Shown here: positions 19,230 to 28,792 of the stretch, one piece after another
How the letters are laid out: every line of letters starts with the position of its first letter
Position numbering within the stretch: the stretch's first letter is position 1
From: Candidatus Iainarchaeum sp.
GTDB lineage: Archaea > Iainarchaeota > Iainarchaeia > Iainarchaeales > JAZDDZ01
Length of the DNA: 64,000 bases
Assembly: GCA_043809245.1 (NCBI GenBank)
Contig: JAZDDZ010000054.1
Location: 51,988-115,987, forward strand
Direction: 5' to 3'
Translations under genes and position numbers: made by a program
The notes under the pieces: model-generated
Told to the model about the DNA's origin: nothing
Seen by the model: the letters and a program-made list of their open reading frames with translations, nothing else
The model's database searches: none

Positions 19230-22200
19230 ATGAGCAAAACAACAACTAAACCAATTAACTCAACTTCAACAAGGCGATTAATCCCACTCACAATACTCAT
19301 TTTCTGCCTAGCCATCGGAATATTCGCTGGAACGGCGAGCGCTGCGCACAATAATAGTGCAACTATTTCCCCAGTATGGTCCACGCCAGGGGAAATTGAA
19401 GATTACACAGTAACCATTTGTAATGTGATAGGCGGTAATGATTCGATTGATGAAGTAAGACTTTACCAGGCAACAGGGTATACAATACAAGATCCCCCAA
19501 ATCAAAAAGATGGGTGGTATCTGTCACCATACCAGCCGACCAAGCATTATTATCTATATACTGCAGAGAGTGCCGATAATTATATTGCTGCAGGAGAATG
19601 TACTGATTTTACATTTTCAGCAAAAACTCCAGAAAACGAAGCTGCCTGCAATTTGGCATGGAAATTTGAAACAAGAGATATAACCAATGTGTGGAAAGAG
19701 GTAAATGCTTTTACAAGCGTTGATGGGCGAGCTCCAACCATAACAAAAAATGTAATAGGACCACAACTAATGAACGGAGAAGGATGCCCTAATGGGCCAG
19801 GTGATGGAGAGGAATGCTGGGTACAGGATCACGAGACAACTATAACTGTTTCAGTTGAAGATACCCTCATTGAAGGCGGTTGTAACCCTCCAAGTGGAGT
19901 GGACTACTGCGATTTTACAATCACACTTGACGGTGTGCCAAATGACAGTTGGCGCATTGATGCAGAACAGGGAGCTGTTTATGACGAAATCGTATTCGAA
20001 GAAGATTCAGTTCATGTTCTAGGCATAACTTGCTATGATGTTGCGGGAAATGATGTTACAGATACAGAAACATTCAGAGTAGACTCAACGCCGCCTGAAA
20101 CCGATAAGACATTCAACGGCCCGCAGAAAATTGACGAGAAAGGCGTTGAATGGATTGACGGCGTAACAACGGTTACATTAACTTCAGATGACCCCGAAGC
20201 GGAAACGACTCCTGAAGGCGTTGACTGCAGCATTGGTGTTGACAAGACATGGTATGCAAATGAGCTTGCGGATGGCGAGAGCGCTTGCTTTAACCCAAAC
20301 AATGCCGAGTATTGCCACGCAGTATTAAGAAATCCTTACGATGCGGAAGGGGCAAAGGAATGCATTGATGATGCACAAGTTTATTGTGAAGAAAACTGGG
20401 ATGAAGACTGGGACAGCTGGGCAGCCTGCGTTGAGGACCTCGCACACAATAACTGTGACGTTGATTCAAGATGGCATCTCTACGACGGAAACCCAATTCC
20501 AAAAGACGAGGAATCCTGCCATATACTCCAGTACTTCAGTATAGATGAATTAGGCAACACAGAAGACATGCAGACAAACTGCTTCTTCGTTGACAAGACG
20601 CCGCCTGCAATTAGCAAGGATGTTGGCGATAACAAGGTTCCTCTTTGCAGTTTAGATGACGAGGGAACAGTAATAGTTGATGAATCAGAGATGAATAAAA
20701 TCAAAGGAGAATTTGGACTAACAGTGACTAAAGAAGACATAGGGGACAGCATCAAATGGACTTTCGACTTTGATGAAGAAGATATTTCAGGGCATACTTC
20801 AACTGGTGCGCAAGTAATTATTGCCAACGACTCAGTGCCTTTGTTCACTTTGGGCTGGAGTCCGGGTGAAAGCACAAGCGCGCCTGTTTACAAGCCTTAC
20901 AGCGGAGGCTGGGGTGCAGCAACAACTGTTTTGCCTGCTGGAATGAGTGTTTCAGGAAACTATAATGAAACCTATTACGAAATAGTCATTCCAAAAGACG
21001 CTTTAGGCGGATGCCCGTATTATTGGGCAATAAATGGCGAAGCAACCGCGCCTCAGGCTTTGGGAACATCTAGTTCAGTCCAAGAAAACTACCCTGCAAA
21101 CTGGGGAAGATGGACTGCAACAAATGCAGCTCAAGGCGGAAACGCGGACAATTGGTGGGTTACAACTAAAACACCAATTACATTGAATTGTGAAGACGTT
21201 GGACCTCATCCAAGCGGCGACGTAACAATTTACTGGAAGTGGAGGTTTGACGGCGGCGCATGGAATGAAGGAAGCTACCAAGGCGAAAGCTATGACCTAT
21301 ACTTTAACGAAGAATCAGTTCACGACTTGGAGTTCTGGTGCCAGGATGCAGTGCAGAAAGAATCAGAGCACGACACAGAGACATTCAGGGTTGACGACAC
21401 ACCGCCAGAAATTGACAAATCAATGCTCGGAGAAGAAGAGGTTGATTACCTCGGCGACTGCCCACCGCAAGACGAAGAAGACATATGCTTTGTCGCGGAT
21501 AACGGCAGGGGCGGAGTGCACATTGATGTTTCAGACCCAGACCCAACTACAATGGGCTGCAATGTTGACAACAGCACCTGTAACTACGAGCTGTGGTGGC
21601 AGACAACCCTGGCTAACTGCCAGGAATATGTTGGCCCAGACCACTTATACAATGATGGAACAGGCGAATGCTTTGTGGAAGGAGGCCAATTCGGAGAGGA
21701 CGGAACAGACATTCTCTTCACACAGGACTCAACCCACAGGCTTGTAGTCAACTGTGAGGACGCATTGGGCAATGAAATGAACACAGACACAGAGTACTTT
21801 AAAGTTGACTCAACGCCTCCGGTTACAACAAAGACTTACGGTGAACCAGCATACCCAGAGAACATCAATGAACCGGGACCATACCCGCACTGGATCACAA
21901 GCGATACACCGATAACGCTGGAAGCGACAGACAACAAGGTTGGAGTTGACAAGACATTCTGGAGATACGCAGTTGTTGACAACCAATGGTGTGAGACAGA
22001 GGCAAGCGGTTGCTCAACTTATGACGGAGAGCTTCCTGACTTTACAGAATATACTGGAACCGTCACACTTCCGGAAGAGTCATGCCACTTGATTGAATTC
22101 TACAGCAAAGACTTGCTCGGAAACACAGAGAAAGCAAACAGGCAGTGCGTGTTCGTGGATAACAGCGCACCGGAAGTAGATAAGAACGTCGGTGAAAACA

Positions 22201-24284
22201 AGGTTGCCTGCGAGGAAGGCGAGGTATGCGATTACTACATCAACCAGAACACGCCGATAAGCTTGTCCTGCGAGGATGTGCTCCCACACCCGGTTGGAAA
22301 TGTTTCACTGTGGTACCATTACAGGTATGCAAAGACCTGCGATGACCTTGGAACTGCAACTTGGTCTGAATTGGTTGACACTGAGGGAGAACCCATTTAC
22401 TTCACAGAGGACTCATGCCACGAGTTAGAGTACTACTGCGAGGACGCATTGGGCAACACATCAGACACTTTCAGCGAAATAGACATTGTTGACACACAGC
22501 CACCTGAAATCACAAGTTCAATTGACGGCCCAAGCATTGTAATCGGTGAAAAGACATACATTGACACGGTTACAAAGATTCACATTGAAGCAACAGATCC
22601 AGATCCGCACCCAGTTGACAATGTGAAGTGCGAATGGTCTTACATCTTGGATGACGGCCAGAGTATCTTCGGGGGAGACGATCAGGCACCTCCTTTGGAT
22701 ATAACTTTCCCTGAGGAATCAAAGCACAAACTGCACGTCAAGTGCTGGGATGCATTGAAGAACAAAAGCGAACTGGTTGAAACATACTACGCTGACCACA
22801 CGCCTCCGACAACTACAAAGACTTACGGAGACCCATTCTTCCAAGGCGAAGGAAGCGAGTGGATTAACAGCACTACACCCATAACTTTAACAGTTGACGA
22901 TACAGGCATACACAAAACAGGAATTAAGGAAACAGATTACAGGGTAACGCTCGTTGACGACAGCTACTGCAGGCCGCCGGTGCAATGCATTGGTGACTGC
23001 ATTGAAAGCGTCGTTTTGCCAAGCTGCGAGAATGCAGAAGGCTCATACGCCTGGCAAACCTATGAAGGGGAGCCATTCACAATAGGTGAGGAGTCATGCC
23101 ACCTAATAGAGTACTACTCTGTGGATAACGTTGACAAGACAGAGAAAACAAAGAAACAGTGTGTCTTTGTTGACAACCAGCCACCCACTCCAGTAAAAAC
23201 AGTCGGTGACCCCAACAGCGTGTGGACTCCTGGAAAGAATGGGGATGTTGAATCCTATTTCTACCCAGAGGAGACGGCTCACTGTTGGGATGGAACAGAT
23301 CAAAACATTGACTGCTGGAAAGTCACATTGATGACTCCAATTAAATTGGAATGCAATGACCCACAGCCACACCCAGTTGATAATGCAAAAGTTTGCTTCC
23401 AACTTGGTTTGGACGGGCAGGATGCAACGGAAAAATACTGCTCGCCGCGTAAATACAATGGGGAGATGGAAGACGGCTACTGCTGTGTTGGAAGTGAAAT
23501 AGATCCATTCTATTTCAAAGAGGAGTCAGAGCACAACCTGAAGTACTACTGCGAGGATGCATTAGGCAACAGCAATAAGTTGGATGTGGATGAGGAGAAA
23601 TTCAAGGTAGAAGGACAGCCATTCGAGATAAAGCTCTACAAGAAATGGAATCTCATCTCAGTGCCATTCGTATTGCTGGACAGCAATGTTCAGGAAGTAT
23701 TCAAAGGGCTTGACAAAAACATAGAATCCGTCTGGTCATATGATGGAACAACAGGCGAATGGTCTGTCTACAGACCAGGAGTGCCAAGCAACTTGACAGA
23801 GATAAAACCAGGCTGGGGCTACTGGGTGAACGCATATAACAAGGTAAAGGTGCTCATTGGAGGAGCACTATTCTCGCCTGCTACAGTGCCACCGAGCAAG
23901 CCACTAGCGCAGGGCTGGAACCTCATTGGAACCTACGGTCTTAACTGGCAGGAATACCCAGACATGGATGACACAAAGTTGATTTGCGGTGTTCCATTCG
24001 GAAAAGTCTTCGGAACCAATGTCTACTGCGGTCTGAACTCACTTGTTGGATCCATACAGGAAGGGCCAAGGTGGGCTTCCCTTGTAGGCTATGTTAGATG
24101 CAGCGACTACGATACGCAAGGCCAGTGGACTACAATGAATGCCTGCATTAACAACTTCAACAAGTTGTATGCGGGAAGGGGTTACTGGATATACATGCGC
24201 ATGAGTGACATCTACGCTCCGGCCACAACCTGCATCTGGAACGAAGACAATATCTGCATTGACAACAATCCAAAATGGTTTTAA
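19230..24284 (+). CDS. 1684-aa secreted Cys/Asp-rich multi-Ig-like repeat surface protein
   Basis: Signal peptide; about nine repeats ending F/xEES(C)HxL/I..D..GN..VDxTPP; C-terminal WNLIS/GYW repeats. Confidence 0.85.
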   Translation: MSKTTTKPINSTSTRRLIPLTILIFCLAIGIFAGTASAAHNNSATISPVWSTPGEIEDYTVTICNVIGGNDSIDEVRLYQATGYTIQDPPNQKDGWYLSPYQPTKHYYLYTAESADNYIAAGECTDFTFSAKTPENEAACNLAWKFETRDITNVWKEVNAFTSVDGRAPTITKNVIGPQLMNGEGCPNGPGDGEECWVQDHETTITVSVEDTLIEGGCNPPSGVDYCDFTITLDGVPNDSWRIDAEQGAVYDEIVFEEDSVHVLGITCYDVAGNDVTDTETFRVDSTPPETDKTFNGPQKIDEKGVEWIDGVTTVTLTSDDPEAETTPEGVDCSIGVDKTWYANELADGESACFNPNNAEYCHAVLRNPYDAEGAKECIDDAQVYCEENWDEDWDSWAACVEDLAHNNCDVDSRWHLYDGNPIPKDEESCHILQYFSIDELGNTEDMQTNCFFVDKTPPAISKDVGDNKVPLCSLDDEGTVIVDESEMNKIKGEFGLTVTKEDIGDSIKWTFDFDEEDISGHTSTGAQVIIANDSVPLFTLGWSPGESTSAPVYKPYSGGWGAATTVLPAGMSVSGNYNETYYEIVIPKDALGGCPYYWAINGEATAPQALGTSSSVQENYPANWGRWTATNAAQGGNADNWWVTTKTPITLNCEDVGPHPSGDVTIYWKWRFDGGAWNEGSYQGESYDLYFNEESVHDLEFWCQDAVQKESEHDTETFRVDDTPPEIDKSMLGEEEVDYLGDCPPQDEEDICFVADNGRGGVHIDVSDPDPTTMGCNVDNSTCNYELWWQTTLANCQEYVGPDHLYNDGTGECFVEGGQFGEDGTDILFTQDSTHRLVVNCEDALGNEMNTDTEYFKVDSTPPVTTKTYGEPAYPENINEPGPYPHWITSDTPITLEATDNKVGVDKTFWRYAVVDNQWCETEASGCSTYDGELPDFTEYTGTVTLPEESCHLIEFYSKDLLGNTEKANRQCVFVDNSAPEVDKNVGENKVACEEGEVCDYYINQNTPISLSCEDVLPHPVGNVSLWYHYRYAKTCDDLGTATWSELVDTEGEPIYFTEDSCHELEYYCEDALGNTSDTFSEIDIVDTQPPEITSSIDGPSIVIGEKTYIDTVTKIHIEATDPDPHPVDNVKCEWSYILDDGQSIFGGDDQAPPLDITFPEESKHKLHVKCWDALKNKSELVETYYADHTPPTTTKTYGDPFFQGEGSEWINSTTPITLTVDDTGIHKTGIKETDYRVTLVDDSYCRPPVQCIGDCIESVVLPSCENAEGSYAWQTYEGEPFTIGEESCHLIEYYSVDNVDKTEKTKKQCVFVDNQPPTPVKTVGDPNSVWTPGKNGDVESYFYPEETAHCWDGTDQNIDCWKVTLMTPIKLECNDPQPHPVDNAKVCFQLGLDGQDATEKYCSPRKYNGEMEDGYCCVGSEIDPFYFKEESEHNLKYYCEDALGNSNKLDVDEEKFKVEGQPFEIKLYKKWNLISVPFVLLDSNVQEVFKGLDKNIESVWSYDGTTGEWSVYRPGVPSNLTEIKPGWGYWVNAYNKVKVLIGGALFSPATVPPSKPLAQGWNLIGTYGLNWQEYPDMDDTKLICGVPFGKVFGTNVYCGLNSLVGSIQEGPRWASLVGYVRCSDYDTQGQWTTMNACINNFNKLYAGRGYWIYMRMSDIYAPATTCIWNEDNICIDNNPKWF

Positions 24285-24291
24285 ATGAAAA

Positions 24292-24336
24292 AACGGGATA
24301 ATGCATTTATCCCGTTCCTCCTTTCTTTTTTCTTTT
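24292..24336 (+). terminator. Hairpin plus T-rich terminator
   Basis: AACGGGATAA-TGCAT-TTATCCCGTT followed by pyrimidine/T tract right after the stop. Confidence 0.7.
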
Positions 24337-24420
24337 CCTGAAGAAAAGGATATATTTAAATAAATTGGCTAGGGAGAATATTTAGGTCAAATTAACCTTT
24401 TAACTGAATTAGGGGATTAA

Positions 24421-25593
24421 ATGAAGGTTGGGCAAATTTTTGGATTAATTGTTTCAATCCTATTTGTTTTTGCAATATCCAATTCAGTTTTAGCAGCGCC
24501 AGGGATCCCACACCAGTTTTTCGGCAATGTTACGATTAGTGGGCAGCCCGCGCCTAATGGAACAGTTATTGTTGCAAAGGGCGCCGGATACGAAAATGAC
24601 ACCACAACCACTTTGAATGGAACGTATGGTTATTCCCCTGTTTTTTTTGTGCATAACCCGAATGACAATAGGTCAGGAAAATTAATTGAGTTCTATATTG
24701 GCGACACTAAGGTTGGCGAGGCAACATTCGTAAAGGGGGGCTGCAACCTTTGTGGAGAAAATTGCGCCCTAGAAGCCTGTGTACCTTTAAATTTTGACGC
24801 TCCTTCAAGCGGCCCGATTTGCGGTGACACAAGCTGTAATGGAGCAGAGAACTGTTCCACTTGCCCGCAGGACTGCGGAACATGCCCTCCTGCAGAGCCA
24901 CCTCCAGTGATTAGCGGAGGCGGTGGCGGAGGGGGCGGCGGTGGAGGCGGAGGCGGAACAGCCACGCCGATTTTCGCGGTTGACAAGAACACTGCAATCA
25001 TTGGCGAGACAGTCACTGTTACGGTTAAGTGCCTTTGGACTTACGGCTGCGTTTTAAACATTGACGGAAACCAGGTTCAGCAGTTCATTAACAGCATTGG
25101 ATTGAAAAAATACGAGGCAAAATTTGATTCACCCGGAACAAAAGTCATTGAATTCCACAGGAAGGGAATGGGTGACACGCTTTTGGGAAATAAAAGCATT
25201 GTGATTTTGTCAGCGGAACAGGCACAGGCAATAGAGGATGGAAATGCAGTTGAAGAAGTTGTAAACATTCCAATAGACGACTGCGAGGGCGTTGTATGCC
25301 AGGACGATAATCCTTGCACTGCGGATTTTTGCGCGAACGCTGACTGCAAGTACGTTGCATTGGATGATGGAGTAGGATGCCAGTTAAACGGAGCGCAGGG
25401 AACATGCACTGCAGGGGAATGCGTTGTAGAGGAAGCGCCTGAAGGAAACTTGCCTTCAGCCACGGGTTTGTTCGGTTTGCCGGGAATGAGCGGTGGAATC
25501 ATTTTGGGGTTAATTGTTTTGCTTGCAATTGATTTAATCGCTTTTTTTGTTGTCAGAAAAAACAGGTTAAACGCGGGAAAAGGCGCAAAATAA
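24421..25593 (+). CDS. Membrane-anchored Cys-rich surface protein
   Basis: Signal peptide; PHQFFGNV domain; CGD..C..CPQDC and DDNPCTADFC modules; Gly14; C-terminal TGLF + TM + basic tail. Confidence 0.85.
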   Translation: MKVGQIFGLIVSILFVFAISNSVLAAPGIPHQFFGNVTISGQPAPNGTVIVAKGAGYENDTTTTLNGTYGYSPVFFVHNPNDNRSGKLIEFYIGDTKVGEATFVKGGCNLCGENCALEACVPLNFDAPSSGPICGDTSCNGAENCSTCPQDCGTCPPAEPPPVISGGGGGGGGGGGGGGTATPIFAVDKNTAIIGETVTVTVKCLWTYGCVLNIDGNQVQQFINSIGLKKYEAKFDSPGTKVIEFHRKGMGDTLLGNKSIVILSAEQAQAIEDGNAVEEVVNIPIDDCEGVVCQDDNPCTADFCANADCKYVALDDGVGCQLNGAQGTCTAGECVVEEAPEGNLPSATGLFGLPGMSGGIILGLIVLLAIDLIAFFVVRKNRLNAGKGAK

Positions 25594-25762
25594 AGTGCCA
25601 CGATTGCACCCTATTTTTTGCTTTAAAAATTGGCTAATTATTAGTGCGCGACAAAAGCACATAAGATAACGCTGAATAAGCCTAAATATAATGCATATTG
25701 GATATGGCATTTAATGCGCATTATTTATATGCTTTATTGTGCATCAATTTTATGGTGGTTTT

Positions 25763-25999
25763 ATGAATGTTGACCTTGGAGTGCCGTACGAGGCAATAAT
25801 GAAAAAGGCAATTGAAAAAGGATATGCGGGAAACCAGACGGAAGTGGTCAGGCAGGCTTTGCTCAATTATGAGAGGGTGCTTGAGGAAGAAGAAAAAGAA
25901 CTTGTTGCCAAGGCGGTTAAAATAGAAATGGGCGAGGTAAAAGCAGGCAACATTAAAACCAAGCCCTTTGGCGAAATCAAGAAAAAGTTCAAGTGGTAA
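25763..25999 (+). CDS. RHH (ParD-like) antitoxin
   Basis: GYAGNQTEVVRQAL; upstream of RelE-like gene. Confidence 0.75.
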   Translation: MNVDLGVPYEAIMKKAIEKGYAGNQTEVVRQALLNYERVLEEEEKELVAKAVKIEMGEVKAGNIKTKPFGEIKKKFKW

Positions 26000-26000
26000 A

Positions 26001-26261
26001 ATGGAAATACGGATTCTTGAAACCGCCGAAAAAGAACTTGAAAAAATATCCAACCCGTTAAACAAACAATTCGGAAAACACATTGAAAAAATTGCCTCAA
26101 AAGAAACCAACAAACACCTGAAACTAGGTTTGCCTTACTTTACCGAAAACGTCACAAAACAAGCGAGAATTATCTATTACATTGAAGAAGAAACCATTTA
26201 CATTCTGCATTGCTTTGCAACCCACAAAGAATATGAGAGATGGTACAAATCATTCAAGTAA
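26001..26261 (+). CDS. RelE/ParE family toxin
   Basis: ETAEKELEK; RIIYYI..IYILHCF..HKEY. Confidence 0.8.
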   Translation: MEIRILETAEKELEKISNPLNKQFGKHIEKIASKETNKHLKLGLPYFTENVTKQARIIYYIEEETIYILHCFATHKEYERWYKSFK

Positions 26262-26299
26262 CAGCCACAAAAGACAAGCTTGTGTTTAAAAAAAACTTT

Positions 26300-26410
26300 T
26301 TGGAAGATAGGATAGGGATTCGTTTGGCTAAAAGGAAAAGCTTTTTTGGCGCAATTAAAGGCATTGGGGCCTTCAAAGAAAAAGACAGATTGGATTGCAG
26401 AAGCGGTTAA
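26300..26410 (+). pseudogene. Probable antitoxin C-terminal remnant
   Basis: Reads ..KRKSFFGAIKGIGAFKEKDRLD*, resembling C-termini of archaeal VapB/AbrB antitoxins; no partner toxin. Confidence 0.4.
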
Positions 26411-26425
26411 AGTTGTGTGATTTTT

Positions 26426-26770
26426 ATGGAGAAAATTTTGCCTTATAATTGCAGGTGCGGCGGAAAACTGAAGAAAAGCACCTGCAACGTGGAGTTTTTT
26501 GGAATAGATTTTGGCGCAAGGGAATGCGAGGTCTGCACTAAATGCAATTCCGAATACCTTGACGACAAGGTAATGGAAGAAATAGAAAACGAAGTCAAGG
26601 AAAAAAAGCTTTTTGCATTGGAGAGAAAAATTACTGTTACAAAGTCAGGGAATTCACTGGTTGTAAGGATTCCGCCGGAAATAGCCAAATTCAGCAAGCT
26701 TCATTATCAAAGCATTTTAAGGCTTGTTCCATTGACTGATAAAAGAATTGAGCTTGAAGTAATAGGCTGA
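26426..26770 (+). CDS. Orphan Zn-finger + AbrB antitoxin
   Basis: CxCGG..CxxC and SGNSLVVRIP; paralogous architecture to 12571-12900. Confidence 0.78.
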   Translation: MEKILPYNCRCGGKLKKSTCNVEFFGIDFGARECEVCTKCNSEYLDDKVMEEIENEVKEKKLFALERKITVTKSGNSLVVRIPPEIAKFSKLHYQSILRLVPLTDKRIELEVIG

Positions 26771-26862
26771 AATTACCGGGAAAAACAAGCCTTTTTAAAC
26801 TATTTCCTAGGGAATTCCTTAGTAAGCCAAAAACAGCTATTTTAGCGCATTTTGGTTTTTTT

Positions 26863-26907
26863 ACCGATGACATACCCGGCCGTTTTGGCCGAGTTCGGGT
26901 TGGAGGT
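26863..26907 (+). promoter_or_regulatory. Kink-turn in rpl7ae 5' leader (autoregulatory site)
   Basis: ACC-GAT-GA-CA..TG-GA-GGT fits K-turn consensus and overlaps the GGAGGTG SD. Confidence 0.8.
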
Positions 26908-26917
26908 GAAAAAAAGT

Positions 26918-27283
26918 ATGGCATCGTACATAAAGTTCAGCATAACTGACGAGTTAAAGGAAAAGCAAACGCATTTGCTTGACAAAATCAAAAAGCAGGG
27001 AAAAATTAAGGTCGGAAGCAACGAGGTTACAAAGGCAATTGAGCGCGGAAACGCAAAGCTGGTTGTCATTGCGGAAGATGTTTCCCCGCCTGAAATAGTA
27101 ATGCATTTGCCCTTGATTTGCGAGGAGAAAAACGTTCCCTATTCTTTCGGCTACTCAAAAAAGGAGTTAGGGGAAAAGGCAGGAATCAACACTGGCACTT
27201 CAGCGATTGTTGTAATCAATGAAGGCGAATCCAAAAAGGAGCTTGAGGACCTGGCAAAAAAAATCCAGAGCCTTAAAAAGTGA
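26918..27283 (+). CDS. rpl7ae: 50S ribosomal protein L7Ae (eL8)
   Basis: GSNEVTKAIERG..IAEDVSPPEIVMHLP. Confidence 0.97.
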   Translation: MASYIKFSITDELKEKQTHLLDKIKKQGKIKVGSNEVTKAIERGNAKLVVIAEDVSPPEIVMHLPLICEEKNVPYSFGYSKKELGEKAGINTGTSAIVVINEGESKKELEDLAKKIQSLKK

Positions 27284-27297
27284 GAGCGTGATGTGGA

Positions 27298-27504
27298 ATG
27301 GATAGGGCAACGCCAGCGGAAATAGTGGAAATAGTCCAGCGGACAGGGGTTTACGGGGAAATAACCCAGGTGCTTTGCAGGATACTTGACGGCCCGGAGA
27401 AAGGAAGGGTGAAAAGGAGAAACGTTAAGGGAAACGTAAAGAAAGGCGACTTAATAATGCTGTTAAGCACTGAAAGGGAAGCAAAAGAAATAAAGGCAAG
27501 GTGA
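27298..27504 (+). CDS. rps28e: 30S ribosomal protein eS28
   Basis: [20 protein letters not shown]. Confidence 0.96.
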   Translation: MDRATPAEIVEIVQRTGVYGEITQVLCRILDGPEKGRVKRRNVKGNVKKGDLIMLLSTEREAKEIKAR

Positions 27505-27508
27505 ATTT

Positions 27509-27754
27509 ATGGCTAGGTGTTCTTTCTGCGGAAACGAAATGGTCAAGGGCACGGGCCTATTGTACGTGCTTAAAGAGGGAAACTTTTACTGGTTTTGCTC
27601 AACAAAGTGCAGGAAAAACCAGTTGAAGTTAAGGAGAAACCCGCGCAAGGTTAAGTGGACTTCAATGCATTTGCAGCAGAAAAACGCGTTGAAGGGCTCA
27701 AAGGAAAAGGAAGGCAAAAAAGAGAAAAGAAAAAAGAAAAAGAAGAGGAGGTAA
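27509..27754 (+). CDS. rpl24e: 50S ribosomal protein eL24
   Basis: CSFCG..GTG..FCSTKC..PRKVKWT. Confidence 0.96.
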   Translation: MARCSFCGNEMVKGTGLLYVLKEGNFYWFCSTKCRKNQLKLRRNPRKVKWTSMHLQQKNALKGSKEKEGKKEKRKKKKKRR

Positions 27755-27759
27755 GCTGA

Positions 27760-28233
27760 ATGCAGCGCACTCTTGTAATAGTCAAGCCAGACGGAGTCAA
27801 CCGTGGCCTGATAGGCGACATAACAGGCATTTTTGAAAGAAAGGGCCTCAAAATAGTCGCAATGAAAATGGAGAAACTGAAACAGTCACAGCTTGAAAAG
27901 CATTACTCGCAGCATTCAAGCAAGCCGTTCTTCAAGCAGTTGGTCGGATTCATGTCCTCGATTCCCTCAGTGTTATTGGTGCTGGAGGGAAAGGAAGCGG
28001 TAAAGGTTGTGAGGAAAATGGTCGGCGCAACAAACGGAAGGGAAGCAGAGCCGAACACAATCAGGGGGCTTTACTCCATGAGCACGCAGTCAAACCTGAT
28101 TCACGCATCCGAATCAAAGGAAATGGCTGACAAGGAAATCACGTTATTCTTTTCGGACAAAGAGCTGCACGAATACCAGAAAATGGATTGCTTCTGGATT
28201 TACTCTCCGGAAGAGCTCAACGAAAAAAAATGA
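27760..28233 (+). CDS. ndk: Nucleoside-diphosphate kinase
   Basis: RTLVIVKPDGV; NLIHAS. Confidence 0.96.
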   Translation: MQRTLVIVKPDGVNRGLIGDITGIFERKGLKIVAMKMEKLKQSQLEKHYSQHSSKPFFKQLVGFMSSIPSVLLVLEGKEAVKVVRKMVGATNGREAEPNTIRGLYSMSTQSNLIHASESKEMADKEITLFFSDKELHEYQKMDCFWIYSPEELNEKK

Positions 28234-28236
28234 GGT

Positions 28237-28324
28237 AAAGATTTAGGAAAAATGCATAGAGGAGAGGGGTCAGGATTAACATAAAACTGGGGGAGAACAT
28301 TAGGTTCTCCCGCGGTTTTGAAAA
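28237..28324 (+). repeat. Structured intergenic repeat element, copy 2 (ndk-dut junction)
   Basis: Hairpin AAAACTG-G-GGGAGAAC-ATTAG-GTTCTCCC-G-CGGTTTT (28283-28319); upstream GGGGTCAGGA shared with copy 1. Confidence 0.85.
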
Positions 28325-28344
28325 AGTGAAAGGTGAAAAAAGTA

Positions 28345-28776
28345 ATGAAGGTTTTGGTGAAAAAACTCGGCGCGGAAGTCAAAGACCTGAAATTTGCGCA
28401 TGAGGGAGACGCGGGCGTTGACCTTTACGCAAACGAAACCGTGGAATTGAAGCCAATGGAGAAAATGCTTGTTTGCACGGGAATAAAAATCGCTTTGCCA
28501 AAGGGATTTGAGGCGCAGGTACGGCCGAAAAGCGGCCTGGCAGCGGAACACGGAATAACTGTTCTCAATACTCCCGGAACAATTGATGCTGGTTACAGGG
28601 GGGAAGTGAAAGTGATTCTCATAAACCTCGGGGGCAAGGCATACACTGTTGAGAAAGGGAAGAAAATCGCTCAAATGGTTTTCAACAAAATCGAGGAACC
28701 GGAAATAGTTGAAGTGGAAGAGCTTGATGAAACCAGCAGGGGAGAAGGCGGTTTTGGGTCCACGGGACTGCATTAG
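28345..28776 (+). CDS. dut: Trimeric dUTP diphosphatase
   Basis: [34 protein letters not shown] motifs. Confidence 0.95.
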   Translation: MKVLVKKLGAEVKDLKFAHEGDAGVDLYANETVELKPMEKMLVCTGIKIALPKGFEAQVRPKSGLAAEHGITVLNTPGTIDAGYRGEVKVILINLGGKAYTVEKGKKIAQMVFNKIEEPEIVEVEELDETSRGEGGFGSTGLH

Positions 28777-28792
28777 GCAAGAGATGGTTTTT

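Noticed and set aside
24916-24957. Gly14 tract as phase-variable repeat or G-quadruplex
   Set aside because: Mixed Gly codons indicate a protein linker typical of archaeal surface proteins rather than a slippage tract.
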